64,000 nt of DNA from Reclinomonas americana ATCC 50394. Lineage: Eukaryota. Position 1 is the stretch's first letter, and each line of letters opens with the position of its first letter. The stretch covers positions 682,001-746,000 of the forward strand of contig PS015009.1 in NCBI GenBank assembly GCA_048213135.1, read 5' to 3'. Positions 38,702 through 48,917 of this stretch are shown piece by piece. Under the pieces are notes generated by a model. The model saw only the letters and a program-made list of their open reading frames with translations. It did not search any database and was not told where the DNA came from. Made by a program: the position numbers and the translations under genes.

Positions 38702-39430
38702 GTGCACCTATCAAATGAAATACAAAAACGCCTCGTCAAGCTTACATCAACTATAAAATTAGCTTCAACAATTGATGGTACATTTCCTGGTGAATACTCC
38801 TTTTGCCATATGCCGGGAAGAAGTTTCAGGACAGAGTTCGCATCAACGAACCAGGAGTTTTCACTGGTTCTTTATGAACGAACTGATCAGCAGACCTACG
38901 AGAATTGCTATGCGAGAGGTTTATTTACCGATCTTGACAGGCTCGCAACCGTTATCCACTTCTGGGTTGACAAACAAAAAGATATTTCAGAAATCAAAAG
39001 TAATTTTGACGAGCTCAAATTGTATTCAGACTTTGATACCAGAAATCCGAATCCGGATATCGACAAAGCATGGACAAAAGTCAGGAATATGTTCTTTAAT
39101 GATACAGGGTTCTGGAAGCAAACTGAATGGGAGGGACGGTATTTGAATATGCTGAATGAAGCAAAACGTCATAAAGCTTTTGAAAACTATTTCCCATTCA
39201 CAAGCCATTATTGGTTAAGATTCAGCATTGACAAATACATCAGGGAAACATGGACACTCAGCACTTATATTATTCCGACGATGTACAGTGATGAAGTTCC
39301 GGATACACTTGGGAAGTTTTATGTTTCATTCAGCGACGAACCAAGGGGTGGGCAGTTCTTTGAAACAGTAAAGGAAGCGCTTGACTTCTATGCCGCTAAA
39401 TTAAAAGAAACCAGTCCAACAAAATGGTGA
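38702..39430 (+). CDS. Hypothetical protein (DUF6193-like motif)
   Basis: YFPFTSHYWLRFS motif; AT-rich. Confidence 0.55.
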   Translation: MHLSNEIQKRLVKLTSTIKLASTIDGTFPGEYSFCHMPGRSFRTEFASTNQEFSLVLYERTDQQTYENCYARGLFTDLDRLATVIHFWVDKQKDISEIKSNFDELKLYSDFDTRNPNPDIDKAWTKVRNMFFNDTGFWKQTEWEGRYLNMLNEAKRHKAFENYFPFTSHYWLRFSIDKYIRETWTLSTYIIPTMYSDEVPDTLGKFYVSFSDEPRGGQFFETVKEALDFYAAKLKETSPTKW

Positions 39431-39454
39431 CAATAAAAAACCAACACGTGTAAG

Positions 39455-39958
39455 GTGAAATACAGAACTATCGCACTTTTAATATTGATCTTCAATATTG
39501 CTGTAGTAGGTTTACTTTTGCTTGACAGCTTTCTCCCTCCAGGCAAAGGCAGGCCCGCTTTAGTAGACGACAAAAGAATTGAAAGAAGTGCCGGAAAAGT
39601 CGGGTCAAGGGGCCACTCCACTTTTTTTATACTGGATGAAAGGGGCACAAAATATAAAGTACCTGATGATGAATTCGAAAGATATTCACCAGGGGATTCA
39701 TTCTATGTGTTTCGGTCAGTGTTCTTTGGAAAAGCTATAAGAATTAAACCGGTGAAGCCAGAGCACAACGAGGTACTCAATATCGGAGTGATCAACTCAT
39801 CGGTATTCGGTTTGCTCATTTGCCTGGCTACCATTGCCATCTCGGTAGTTCTTTTATATAAGGTAATAATAAAGAATATTACCAGTTATCGAGCCAGCCT
39901 GTTTACAATCTGGCTAACGATAATAATTATTGCTTTTTACATGATATTTCAGTCATAA
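39455..39958 (+). CDS. Hypothetical membrane protein
   Basis: Three hydrophobic segments. Confidence 0.65.
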   Translation: MKYRTIALLILIFNIAVVGLLLLDSFLPPGKGRPALVDDKRIERSAGKVGSRGHSTFFILDERGTKYKVPDDEFERYSPGDSFYVFRSVFFGKAIRIKPVKPEHNEVLNIGVINSSVFGLLICLATIAISVVLLYKVIIKNITSYRASLFTIWLTIIIIAFYMIFQS

Positions 39959-40035
39959 TCATATTGGTTTTTCGGGAAAACCTCCACTTTCTATGATATA
40001 AAGCGGTCAAATTATATAAAGCTAAATCCTTCCTC

Positions 40036-40623
40036 ATGGGGCTTGACAGTATAGAATTATTAATGGAAATAGAGAATTACTTCAATATCCGTGTCCCGGA
40101 TGCTGAAGCAGAGAAAATATATACCGTGCAGTCGATGGTAGATTCCGTCGCAGCTCATTTACACATATCCGAAAATTCATTTACACTCCGGGACGATATA
40201 TTCAGAAAGATTGCAGATGCCCTGCCCGCCAGTAGTGAAATAAAATCCGGAATACTGCTATCCTCTTCTGTAGAAGATTATATCAGTTTTGATAATAGAG
40301 CTTTGTGGAAAGCACTTGAAGCAAGCATAGGGCTCAAAGTGCCTGCACCTGATTACAAATGGGCATTTTCATCAAACCTTAATGAGAGACTTTTGAAAAT
40401 ACTCCATTCCCGTCCAAAAAAGGAAAAAGAAATAATCACCTTTGAACAGCTTACGGCTGCCATATGCTCCTGCAACTACAGCAAACTGATTGACAGAACA
40501 AACATTAAAACCCTGTACGAAATATATGTAGTTGTTGCTGGTATTACTTGTGATAAAATAGGTGAAGATATTTACAACATTACACCAGACAAGTCTTTTA
40601 CAAATGACCTTGGGGTAGATTAA
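40036..40623 (+). CDS. Acyl-carrier-protein-like domain protein
   Basis: MGLDSIELLMEIENYFNIRVPDAEAEKI at the N-terminus; SFTNDLGVD at the C-terminus. Confidence 0.7.
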   Translation: MGLDSIELLMEIENYFNIRVPDAEAEKIYTVQSMVDSVAAHLHISENSFTLRDDIFRKIADALPASSEIKSGILLSSSVEDYISFDNRALWKALEASIGLKVPAPDYKWAFSSNLNERLLKILHSRPKKEKEIITFEQLTAAICSCNYSKLIDRTNIKTLYEIYVVVAGITCDKIGEDIYNITPDKSFTNDLGVD

Positions 40624-40685
40624 AGAGATTACAGTATGGCTTACACTGTTGAAATTATGACTACCTTACCAGAAATTAGTCTTTA

Positions 40686-41123
40686 ATGAGAGTTGCGCTT
40701 TTATTTATGTTGCTTCTGTTCCTGGCTCCTTCCTCCAAAGCCCAACTGCTGAAAGGACAATGGGAAGGATACTTTACCGATAATGGCATAAAATACCCAA
40801 TGATACTGGAGTTTATTCTTAATGCCGATACCACCTACAGCGTATTCAGCTACTCTCAAAACCTGGGCATCCCCTTCCTTCCTAAAAAAGACAGCGCCTA
40901 TGTTTGTAAGGTGTCGTACCAATTTACACCGCCAGACGAGGTTTACCTGGAAGAGATTGAGGTCGTGTCCCCATCCAGCGCCACACAGGATTGTTTTCAG
41001 AAAATGAATCTTAAGATCGTTCAACAAGATGGCAAACTGATGCTGACCGGCAAATGGAAAACCAACTCCGGGCGCTGCCATTCATCCGGGAAAGTAACAT
41101 TTACTAAAATAAACGACGGTTAA
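40686..41123 (+). CDS. Hypothetical exported protein
   Basis: Signal peptide; GQWEG and LTGKW beta-rich motifs. Confidence 0.65.
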   Translation: MRVALLFMLLLFLAPSSKAQLLKGQWEGYFTDNGIKYPMILEFILNADTTYSVFSYSQNLGIPFLPKKDSAYVCKVSYQFTPPDEVYLEEIEVVSPSSATQDCFQKMNLKIVQQDGKLMLTGKWKTNSGRCHSSGKVTFTKINDG

Positions 41124-41133
41124 AAAAAATATC

Positions 41134-41481
41134 ATGGCTTACGATATTCAGCTTGCTGACAAGCTAAGAGCATACCTCGCCGGCTTCCCCCGATTGAAGA
41201 TTGAAGAGAAGAAAATGTTCAGCGGACTGGCGTTTCTGGTGAATGGCAAAATGTGTGTTAACGTAAGCAACAACAACCTGATGTGCCGCTTCAACCCTGC
41301 TCTACAGGAAGAGGTATCGGAACACCATGCCTTTGAACCCATGATCATGAAAGGTAAACAGCTGCAGGGTTATTGCTACGTAAGACCCGAAGGTTTTAAA
41401 TCAAAAAAGGATTTTGAGTACTGGGTAAATCTTTGCCTGGCGTATAATAAAGATGCTCAATCATCTAAAAAGAAAAAATAA
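41134..41481 (+). CDS. TfoX N-terminal domain protein
   Basis: EEKKMFSGLAFLVNGKM. Confidence 0.85.
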   Translation: MAYDIQLADKLRAYLAGFPRLKIEEKKMFSGLAFLVNGKMCVNVSNNNLMCRFNPALQEEVSEHHAFEPMIMKGKQLQGYCYVRPEGFKSKKDFEYWVNLCLAYNKDAQSSKKKK

Positions 41482-41504
41482 ACACCCAACTATATCAGTC
41501 ACTG

Positions 41505-42104
41505 GTGAAAAGTAAGTCAGGCCGGTGGAAACCGGTAATAAAAAGGATACTCCTGTTCCTGCTTCTGTTTGCGGGAGGAGTGGTAGTGTTTTTATTCTTA
41601 AGCAGTCCTGTTACTAATAATGTTGACAGCTACATATACAATCTTCCATTTGAGAAAGGTACCAGCCACAGGGTGGTACAGGGTTATGGCGGCCTCTTTT
41701 CCCATAAGAATATCGCTGCGCTTGATTTCAGCATGCCGGAAGGCACGCCGGTTTATGCGGCCAGGGAAGGAACAGTCTATAGCTACAAAGACAATAGTGC
41801 CGGAGGCGGGCCTTTACCCAAGTATGAGAAAAACGCCAACTACATTATCGTCAAGCACCCGGACGGCAGCTTTGGTTGTTACTGGCATTTACAAAAAGAT
41901 GGTGTAGTCGTCAAAAACGGAACGGTTAAAAAAGGTCAGTTGATCGGGTACAGCGGTAGCACCGGCTTCGTACTCAGTCCGCATCTTCACTTTTCTGTCA
42001 AGCGAAAACTGAACTACGATAAAGATGCCTTCGTAAAAACAAAATTCTCCACCACGGATGGCATACAACTCCTGGAATTCGGAAAAACCTACCAACACCC
42101 CTGA
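41505..42104 (+). CDS. M23 family peptidase
   Basis: H....ALDF, YWHL, SGSTG...PHLHF. Confidence 0.9.
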   Translation: MKSKSGRWKPVIKRILLFLLLFAGGVVVFLFLSSPVTNNVDSYIYNLPFEKGTSHRVVQGYGGLFSHKNIAALDFSMPEGTPVYAAREGTVYSYKDNSAGGGPLPKYEKNANYIIVKHPDGSFGCYWHLQKDGVVVKNGTVKKGQLIGYSGSTGFVLSPHLHFSVKRKLNYDKDAFVKTKFSTTDGIQLLEFGKTYQHP

Positions 42105-42153
42105 ACGATGACGCCAATGTTGTACATTTGAATTTCGCAAACAGCCTTTTCTC

Positions 42154-43092
42154 ATGAAAACGATCAAAAGCGCCTCCCTCACCGATTTTTACCGCGAAGT
42201 AGCAGGGTTCACCGGCAGGGATGTCAACAGCCTGCTGCCACCGGGCATTGATAAAGAAGTGGGACACTTCAATGTATTTGACGTGGCCCAAACCATCGCC
42301 GAGGTAAAGAAAAAATCCGTAATGCCTTACAACCGGCGGGCTTACTATAAAATCAGCCTGATACAGGGCCGTAACAGGGCGGAGTATGCCGATAAGGTGA
42401 TTGAGGTGCAAAAGAACGCTCTGCTTTTTGCCACCCCAAAAGTGCCTTATCACTGGGTGCCAATGGACCCGAACCAGGCTGGGTTCTTCTGTGTATTTAC
42501 AGATGAGTTCCTGGTAAGGAATAAAAGTGGTGTAGTGCTAGATGAGTTGCCCATCTTCAGATCAGGCGGCTACCCGGTGTTTGAGATCAGCGATGAAGAA
42601 GCCGCGGAAATAGCGCCGGTATTCAGGAAAATGCAGAAGGAGATCACGTCCGATTACGCCTTTAAATATGATCTGTTGCGCAACTACGTACTGGAACTCA
42701 TCCATTACGGGCAAAAGCTGCAACCCGCTACGGTGCTGTACCCGGCACACAATGCCTCGGCCCGGGTTACCTCTCTTTTTATTGAGTTGCTGGAGCGGCA
42801 GTTTCCCATTGAGTCGCCCGGGCAGCAGCTGAAACTGCGCACGGCAAAAGACTATGCCGACAGGCTGGCCATTCATGTAAACCACCTCAATAAAGTGCTG
42901 AAGGAAAGTACCGGAAAAACCACCACGGCCATCATCAGCAGCCGCGTTATACAGGAAGCCAAAATACTGCTCAGGCAAACCGACTGGAACATTTCCGAGA
43001 TCGCTTATTCCCTGGGTTTCGAGGAAGTGGCACACTTCTCCAATTTCTTCAAAAAGCAAACCTCCGTAGCGCCCCTCAGTTTCCGTTCCTGA
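42154..43092 (+). CDS. AraC family transcriptional regulator
   Basis: C-terminal double HTH, ISEIAYSLGFEEVAHFSNFFKK. Confidence 0.93.
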   Translation: MKTIKSASLTDFYREVAGFTGRDVNSLLPPGIDKEVGHFNVFDVAQTIAEVKKKSVMPYNRRAYYKISLIQGRNRAEYADKVIEVQKNALLFATPKVPYHWVPMDPNQAGFFCVFTDEFLVRNKSGVVLDELPIFRSGGYPVFEISDEEAAEIAPVFRKMQKEITSDYAFKYDLLRNYVLELIHYGQKLQPATVLYPAHNASARVTSLFIELLERQFPIESPGQQLKLRTAKDYADRLAIHVNHLNKVLKESTGKTTTAIISSRVIQEAKILLRQTDWNISEIAYSLGFEEVAHFSNFFKKQTSVAPLSFRS

Positions 43093-43187
43093 CCACCGCT
43101 ATTTGAATTTCACAAACAATGGATTGATGCTTGCAATTGTCCTGCCTGCAAACCGCCGCAACTTTGTGGTATAAAAAATTGCAGCAA

Positions 43188-43952
43188 ATGAGTACAACCA
43201 ACAAGATCGCCCTGGTAACCGGTGGTAGCCGCGGACTGGGCAGGAATATGGCCATTGGCCTTGCTAAAAAAGGCATCGACGTCGTATTGACCTATAACAG
43301 CAACAAAGAAGAAGCTGAAAAAGTAGTCGCCGAAATTCAGTCGCTTGGTCAAAAGGCCATCGCTTTTCAACTGGATGCGGGCAATGTATCTTCTTTCGGT
43401 AATTTCTTTAAAGAAGTAACCACGCACCTGCAGGAGCACACCGGCAGCACCCGTTTTGATTTCCTCATCAACAATGCCGGCACCGCCCTGTACGCCCCTT
43501 TCGCGGAAACAACCGAGGAACAGTTTGACACGGCGCTGAACATTCATTACAAAGGCGTATTCTTCCTTACGCAAAAGGCTCTCCCATTTATCAATGACGG
43601 CGGCCGTATCATCAACATCTCTTCCGGACTGGCCCGTTTTTCTTTCCCGGGCTCATCGGCCTATGGTTCCATGAAAGGTGCTGTTGAAGTGCTTACCCGT
43701 TACCTGGCCCGTGAATTGGGCAGCCGTGGTATTGCCGCCAACGTGGTAGCACCCGGCGCTATTGAAACCGACTTTGGAGGTGGTCGTGTACGCGACAATA
43801 AGGACATTAACGATCATATCGCCAGCCTGACCGCGCTGGGCCGCGTGGGCCTGCCTGATGATATCGGCGGCGTGGTGGCCTTCCTTTGCACAGAAGAAGC
43901 GAGGTGGATCAATGGTCAGCGTATTGAAGTTTCCGGCGGAATATTCGTATAA
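43188..43952 (+). CDS. Short-chain dehydrogenase/reductase
   Basis: TGGSRGLG, NNAG, YGSMK, PGAIETD. Confidence 0.94.
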   Translation: MSTTNKIALVTGGSRGLGRNMAIGLAKKGIDVVLTYNSNKEEAEKVVAEIQSLGQKAIAFQLDAGNVSSFGNFFKEVTTHLQEHTGSTRFDFLINNAGTALYAPFAETTEEQFDTALNIHYKGVFFLTQKALPFINDGGRIINISSGLARFSFPGSSAYGSMKGAVEVLTRYLARELGSRGIAANVVAPGAIETDFGGGRVRDNKDINDHIASLTALGRVGLPDDIGGVVAFLCTEEARWINGQRIEVSGGIFV

Positions 43953-44078
43953 TATTTACCAGCATCTGCGGGCGGTCATAAAGCCGTCCGCAGGTATTTA
44001 TTGCTGTCTGACTACTTCGCTCCTATTGCATTATCCCATCCTTTTGCCTACTTTCCATTTCCGTTCAATCATCATCAA

Positions 44079-44561
44079 ATGGAAAGACCCATACACCCCG
44101 ATTTTTTATTCCTGCTTGAGCTGAAAGAAAAAAAGATCATCGACCTGTTCATGGATCTGCGGTCTTTCATCCTGGAAATACATCCCAATAGCAATGAAAT
44201 GCTGTACCATACCCATGCGCTGACCGCGGTATTCTCCATTTCAGATAAACTCGCCGACGCTTTCTGCATGATCCCCATCTATACCAATCACCTGAACCTC
44301 GGGTTCAATAAGGACACACTTTTAAAAGATCCGGATCAACTCCTCACCGGCACGGGCAATCTTATACGCCACATACCCATTGGTTCACCTGCCGATTACC
44401 GCAATAAAAAAGTAAAGGTGCTGGTGAAAGCCGCCGTTGATTTTGCCATAAAAGACATGGACAAGCCTTCGAAAATGTTGGGGCAAACCATTTCGAAGAT
44501 CACAAAAGACAAAGCACTAAAAAGAGCAGATCGTGATCAAGGCGACAAAGGAAACCCCTAA
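44079..44561 (+). CDS. DUF1801-like protein
   Basis: HLNLGF...L.DP..LL.GTG...RH. Confidence 0.75.
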   Translation: MERPIHPDFLFLLELKEKKIIDLFMDLRSFILEIHPNSNEMLYHTHALTAVFSISDKLADAFCMIPIYTNHLNLGFNKDTLLKDPDQLLTGTGNLIRHIPIGSPADYRNKKVKVLVKAAVDFAIKDMDKPSKMLGQTISKITKDKALKRADRDQGDKGNP

Positions 44562-44593
44562 ATTTGGGCCGCTATTCAACCCGCAACTAACTT

Positions 44594-45052
44594 ATGAGCG
44601 CTTTTAAAAATCAACCCCAAACCGGCAGAAGAGTGGCCGCCACCCTGATCGACTATATTCTTCTTTTCACACTTACTTTCATGTACGTATACCAGGTGGG
44701 AGAACGCAACCGCGAAGGCGTCTATGAAGTAACCGGTCTGCCTGCTGTGGTCCCTGTTATTTTCTGGTTCCTGTATATTGTAGTGGTGGAGAAAACGGCG
44801 GGGGCAACGCTGGGTCATAAAATAACAGGGCTGAAAGTAGTTTCTTCTGATGGTAATCTATTATCGTGGGGACAGGTTTTCAAACGCAGGATTGCCGACA
44901 TTCTCGACATTACCTGGTGTTTCGGCCTCCTTGCCTTTATACTGGTATTGAATACCGAACATCACCAGCGGCTCGGTGATATATGGGCCGGAACGTTGGT
45001 GGTGGATAAGAACGAGGAAGCGGAAATGCCGCAGTTCGATTTTAGCAATTAA
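44594..45052 (+). CDS. RDD family membrane protein
   Basis: RRVAATLID, GATLG...GLKVV, QRLGDIWAGTLVV. Confidence 0.9.
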   Translation: MSAFKNQPQTGRRVAATLIDYILLFTLTFMYVYQVGERNREGVYEVTGLPAVVPVIFWFLYIVVVEKTAGATLGHKITGLKVVSSDGNLLSWGQVFKRRIADILDITWCFGLLAFILVLNTEHHQRLGDIWAGTLVVDKNEEAEMPQFDFSN

Positions 45053-45134
45053 ATAGCAGGCATAAAAAAACAGGACGTACCTGTAACATTGTTCCTGCCT
45101 GTTCGTATACAGGTGTATCACCAAACACCTGCTC

Positions 45135-45854
45135 ATGTATTCCAATAAAAAAATCGCAAGAATCGCCGGGTTATGTTACCTCGTTGTGGTGCTTACCGGT
45201 ATCTTCAGCCTGGCTTATATCCCCTCCCGGTTAGTTGCCGATGATGATGCCGGGCAAACCTTCCGCCTCATCTCCGCTGAACCAGGACTGTTCCGGCTCA
45301 GCATCGTCAGCAGTGTTATCTGCTATTTAGCTTTTATGCTGCTCCCGCTTGTATTATATAAACTGTTTCGCCCCATACAGGAGATACCGGCCAAACTGAT
45401 GGTCATTTTCGCCCTGGCCAGTGTTCCCATGGCTTTGCTTAACCTGCAGCACCAGTTCGATGTGTTGTCGAATACCAGCGGGGAAGGATACCTTAAAGGC
45501 TTAACGACAGAACAATTGCAGTCGCAGGTAATGCTGTCGCTCAGCACTTACGGGCATGGTTTGCGCATGGTGCAATTATTCTGGGGCTTGTGGCTGCTGC
45601 CGCTGGGTTACCTCATCTGGCGATCGGGGCTGATCCCACGCGTGCTGGGCATCCTGCTTATGCTGGGTTGCGCCGGCTACCTGGTAAGCTTCACATGCCA
45701 GGCATTACTACCCGGCTATAACCAAAGTTCCTTTTCCCAATACGTCCGGCTGCCCGCCAGCATTGGCGAAATAGGCACCTGCCTGTGGCTGCTGATCATG
45801 GGTGCGAAAAATAAGCCCGTTACCGCAACAGATGATACCATAGCTGTTGCCTGA
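45135..45854 (+). CDS. DUF4386-like membrane protein
   Basis: ARIAGLCYL, FWGLWLLPLG, IPRVLG, GEI...WLLI. Confidence 0.75.
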   Translation: MYSNKKIARIAGLCYLVVVLTGIFSLAYIPSRLVADDDAGQTFRLISAEPGLFRLSIVSSVICYLAFMLLPLVLYKLFRPIQEIPAKLMVIFALASVPMALLNLQHQFDVLSNTSGEGYLKGLTTEQLQSQVMLSLSTYGHGLRMVQLFWGLWLLPLGYLIWRSGLIPRVLGILLMLGCAGYLVSFTCQALLPGYNQSSFSQYVRLPASIGEIGTCLWLLIMGAKNKPVTATDDTIAVA

Positions 45855-45878
45855 TCTTCATATCTAAAACAAAAGCAC

Positions 45879-46313
45879 ATGAACAACAACTCCGCCAACC
45901 TGGTTAACCCGCCTGTCAATATTAAAATAAGGCTGGCCGCCTTATGGGCTGCCCTTATGTTCTGCTATGTTTACGGCGATTATTTTTCCTTTTATGTGCC
46001 CGGCCAGGTAGAAGGCTTTATCAGCGGAAAAACATTACTCAACAGCCCGGCAAAGTTGCTGGCTGCATCGGTACTGATGCTGATCCCTTCGATGATGGTC
46101 TTTTTAAGCGTATCGCTGCCACCCGGGATCAACCGCATACTGAATATCGTTTTCGGCGTTCTTTATACAGCCATCATGCTGCTCATCGCCTGCACTTCCT
46201 ATTCCGCCTGGCGTACCTTCTATGTTTTTCTCGCCATCGTGGAAAGCCTGCTGACCCTTATCATTGTCGTACAGGCGTGGAAATGGCCAAAACAAATACC
46301 ACCCGGTCAATAA
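45879..46313 (+). CDS. DUF6326-like membrane protein
   Basis: LAALW..LMFCYVYGD; C-terminal AWKWP. Confidence 0.65.
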   Translation: MNNNSANLVNPPVNIKIRLAALWAALMFCYVYGDYFSFYVPGQVEGFISGKTLLNSPAKLLAASVLMLIPSMMVFLSVSLPPGINRILNIVFGVLYTAIMLLIACTSYSAWRTFYVFLAIVESLLTLIIVVQAWKWPKQIPPGQ

Positions 46314-46340
46314 CTGAAGCGGGTGCAGTAATTTAGCAGC

Positions 46341-47267
46341 ATGAAAGAGCGGCAGCCAAAGGATATCTTCCGCAACATAACGGCCTTTATCTTTTACGGT
46401 AATTATTTTTACGGTCTCTGTGCTGTGGCCCTTACCATGGAGGCCAGCCTGCAGCAAGCCTTTCCATTGAACGGATTGATCTATCACCTGCTGGTGTTTG
46501 CCGCTACGGTATTGTATTACAATTACCCCTATGCCCGTAAATACAAAACCGCAGGCAGCGATCCCCGTAAGGCCTGGTACATGCGGCACTACCATTTCCT
46601 TCGCTGGAACCAGGTGTTCCTTACCCTGGTATTAACCATTGCCCTGGGTATTTTTTTATACCGTTACTATAGCCTGCTGCCCGGTATGACGCTGATCAAC
46701 TGGCTGCTGGTGCTGGTATTCCCGGTGGTGGGGGCATTGTATTATGGGTTGAATGTACTCTCTTACCGTTATAACCTCAGGAGTATCGGCTGGCTTAAGC
46801 CTTTTATTATCGGTTTTACCTGGGCCGGACTGGTAACGGTGTACCCGGTATTGTTTTACGACATCATGCACAGGCTGGCTTATGAACCTACCCTCATCGG
46901 CACCCTGCTTACCCTCAAAAATTTCATGTTTGTATCCCTGCTGTGTATCATGTTCGACATAAAGGACTATGCGACGGACCATACCAGCAACCTGAAAACC
47001 TTCGTGGTAAAAATAGGTTTGCGAAAAACCATCTTCTACATCCTGCTGCCCCTGCCGTTGCTGGGCCTGCTTACCTTCATCTCCTACGCGGTTACACACC
47101 AGTTCCATGTAATGAAAATTCTGCTGAACGTAATCCCTTTTCTTCTTTTACTGATGGCCGGGGTATCGTTACGCAAGAGAAGAAGACTGATGTATTATCT
47201 TGTGATCATCGACGGGCTGATGCTGGTAAAAGCCGTTTGCGGCATTACTGCCATGACGTTTTTCTAA
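46341..47267 (+). CDS. UbiA-prenyltransferase-like membrane protein
   Basis: Multi-TM; LR....LKPFII, FDIKDYATD. Confidence 0.65.
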   Translation: MKERQPKDIFRNITAFIFYGNYFYGLCAVALTMEASLQQAFPLNGLIYHLLVFAATVLYYNYPYARKYKTAGSDPRKAWYMRHYHFLRWNQVFLTLVLTIALGIFLYRYYSLLPGMTLINWLLVLVFPVVGALYYGLNVLSYRYNLRSIGWLKPFIIGFTWAGLVTVYPVLFYDIMHRLAYEPTLIGTLLTLKNFMFVSLLCIMFDIKDYATDHTSNLKTFVVKIGLRKTIFYILLPLPLLGLLTFISYAVTHQFHVMKILLNVIPFLLLLMAGVSLRKRRRLMYYLVIIDGLMLVKAVCGITAMTFF

Positions 47268-47311
47268 ACTGACCGGAAAAAATATTTATTTTCGATCCTC
47301 AACTGAATCTT

Positions 47312-47629
47312 ATGTCTTCTGTACAGGTACAACGCATGAGCGAATACGCCAATCGTTTAAGGGACATTCATATTTATATCGATGGAAAGAAAGCAGGTTC
47401 CATATCCAATGGAGAGAGTAAGGATTTCCCTTTACCTCCCGGAAATTATATACTGCAGGCAAAAATAGACTGGTGCTCCAGCAACAAACTTCCCATCACG
47501 GTCAGGGAAAATGAGAGTCCTGTCATCCGGTTGAGCAGTTTTGCACAAAAGAGTTCGCTGGGCATCCTGGCAACGATCTATTACATCACTTTCGGTGCCG
47601 GCAAATACCTTAACCTGGAAACGGTTTAA
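47312..47629 (+). CDS. Hypothetical protein
   Basis: IYIDG....I.NGE, AKIDWCSS; 105 aa. Confidence 0.65.
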   Translation: MSSVQVQRMSEYANRLRDIHIYIDGKKAGSISNGESKDFPLPPGNYILQAKIDWCSSNKLPITVRENESPVIRLSSFAQKSSLGILATIYYITFGAGKYLNLETV

Positions 47630-47813
47630 TACCTAACTTTATACAGCCCACCTAAGACCCGGAACGCATTCATCAAAAACTGGGATTTATGTCTGCAAAC
47701 ACTTACTGGCAGGTAACCGGAGCGGTACTGCTCTGCCTCTTTTTTATCGCCGGCTTCTACTACAACAGGAGAAGAAGGAAATAATACCTATTCATCAATA
47801 AAACAACCGCGAT

Positions 47814-48251
47814 ATGAAAACACTTCATTTTTCAGCATTCATTAATGCGCCACGCGAAAAAGTGTGGAGGTCGCTGTGGGAAGATGCCAGTTACCGCAAC
47901 TGGACCAGCGCTTTCTCCGAAGGTTCTTATGCCGTCTCTGATTGGAAGGAAGGCAGTAAAATATTATTCCTTTCCCCGGGAGGAGAAGGCATGTTCAGTG
48001 TTATCGATAAACTGGAACAGGACACATTCATGTCATTCAAACACCTGGGCGTTGTAAAAGAAAACAAAGAACAACCGGAAACAGAAGCGACAAAAAAATG
48101 GTCGGGCGCCATGGAAAATTATACGCTGAAAGAAAAGGACGGCGGTACATTGCTGGAGGTGTCGGTGGATATGGCGGATGACCACGTGGTTTATTTCGAA
48201 AAGGCCTTCCCTGTTGCACTGGATAAAGTAAGGCAGATAGCTGAATCCTGA
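47814..48251 (+). CDS. SRPBCC/AHSA1 domain protein
   Basis: INAPREKVW..L, DWKEGS. Confidence 0.85.
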   Translation: MKTLHFSAFINAPREKVWRSLWEDASYRNWTSAFSEGSYAVSDWKEGSKILFLSPGGEGMFSVIDKLEQDTFMSFKHLGVVKENKEQPETEATKKWSGAMENYTLKEKDGGTLLEVSVDMADDHVVYFEKAFPVALDKVRQIAES

Positions 48252-48409
48252 CAGTATTTTAGCGGTTCAACAACTTTCATTCCTCTTTTTCGCAATCGCC
48301 CCCTCTAATTGTCGCTTTGCACCATTTTACAGGAACAACAGGTTCTCTACATTTGTATTGTCAACTCAAATGATATTATTCATCTCACTAAAACATAAAA
48401 ACTACCAAC

Positions 48410-48835
48410 ATGGAACAGGCACAAAAACTCACCGTGGAGGCAACTATCAAAGCTCCCGTAAGTAAAGTATGGAAATTATGGACAGAACCCGAACACATCA
48501 AACAATGGAACAATGCTTCCGACGACTGGCATACACCTCATGCGGAGAATGACCTTCGCCCCGGTGGTAAATTCGTTGCCCGTATGGAAGCTAAAGACGG
48601 CAGTTTTGGTTTTGATTTCGGCGGCGAATATGGCGATGTACGTACCAACGAATACATTGAATACACCATTGGCGATGGCAGGAAAGTAGAAATTAATTTT
48701 TCCGGCGACAATAATGAAACCAAAGTAGTGGAAACCTTCGAAGCTGAGAACACCAACCCGTTGGAAATGCAGCAGGGCGGATGGCAAGCCATACTCAACA
48801 ATTTTAAAAAATACACGGAGAACCACGCAGGATAA
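48410..48835 (+). CDS. SRPBCC/AHSA1 domain protein
   Basis: IKAPVSKVWKLWT.PEHI..W, DLRPGG, GWQAILNNFKKY. Confidence 0.9.
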   Translation: MEQAQKLTVEATIKAPVSKVWKLWTEPEHIKQWNNASDDWHTPHAENDLRPGGKFVARMEAKDGSFGFDFGGEYGDVRTNEYIEYTIGDGRKVEINFSGDNNETKVVETFEAENTNPLEMQQGGWQAILNNFKKYTENHAG

Positions 48836-48872
48836 AACCTGTCTCTTTTAATTACACATACAAAGAATAGCG

Positions 48873-48915
48873 ATGATTAATAAACCCCGGTATAATGCCG
48901 GGGTTTATTAATCAT
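48873..48915. terminator. Perfect 18-bp hairpin, likely bidirectional terminator
   Basis: ATGATTAATAAACCCCGG-TATAATG-CCGGGGTTTATTAATCAT between convergent genes. Confidence 0.8.
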
Positions 48916-48917
48916 GG

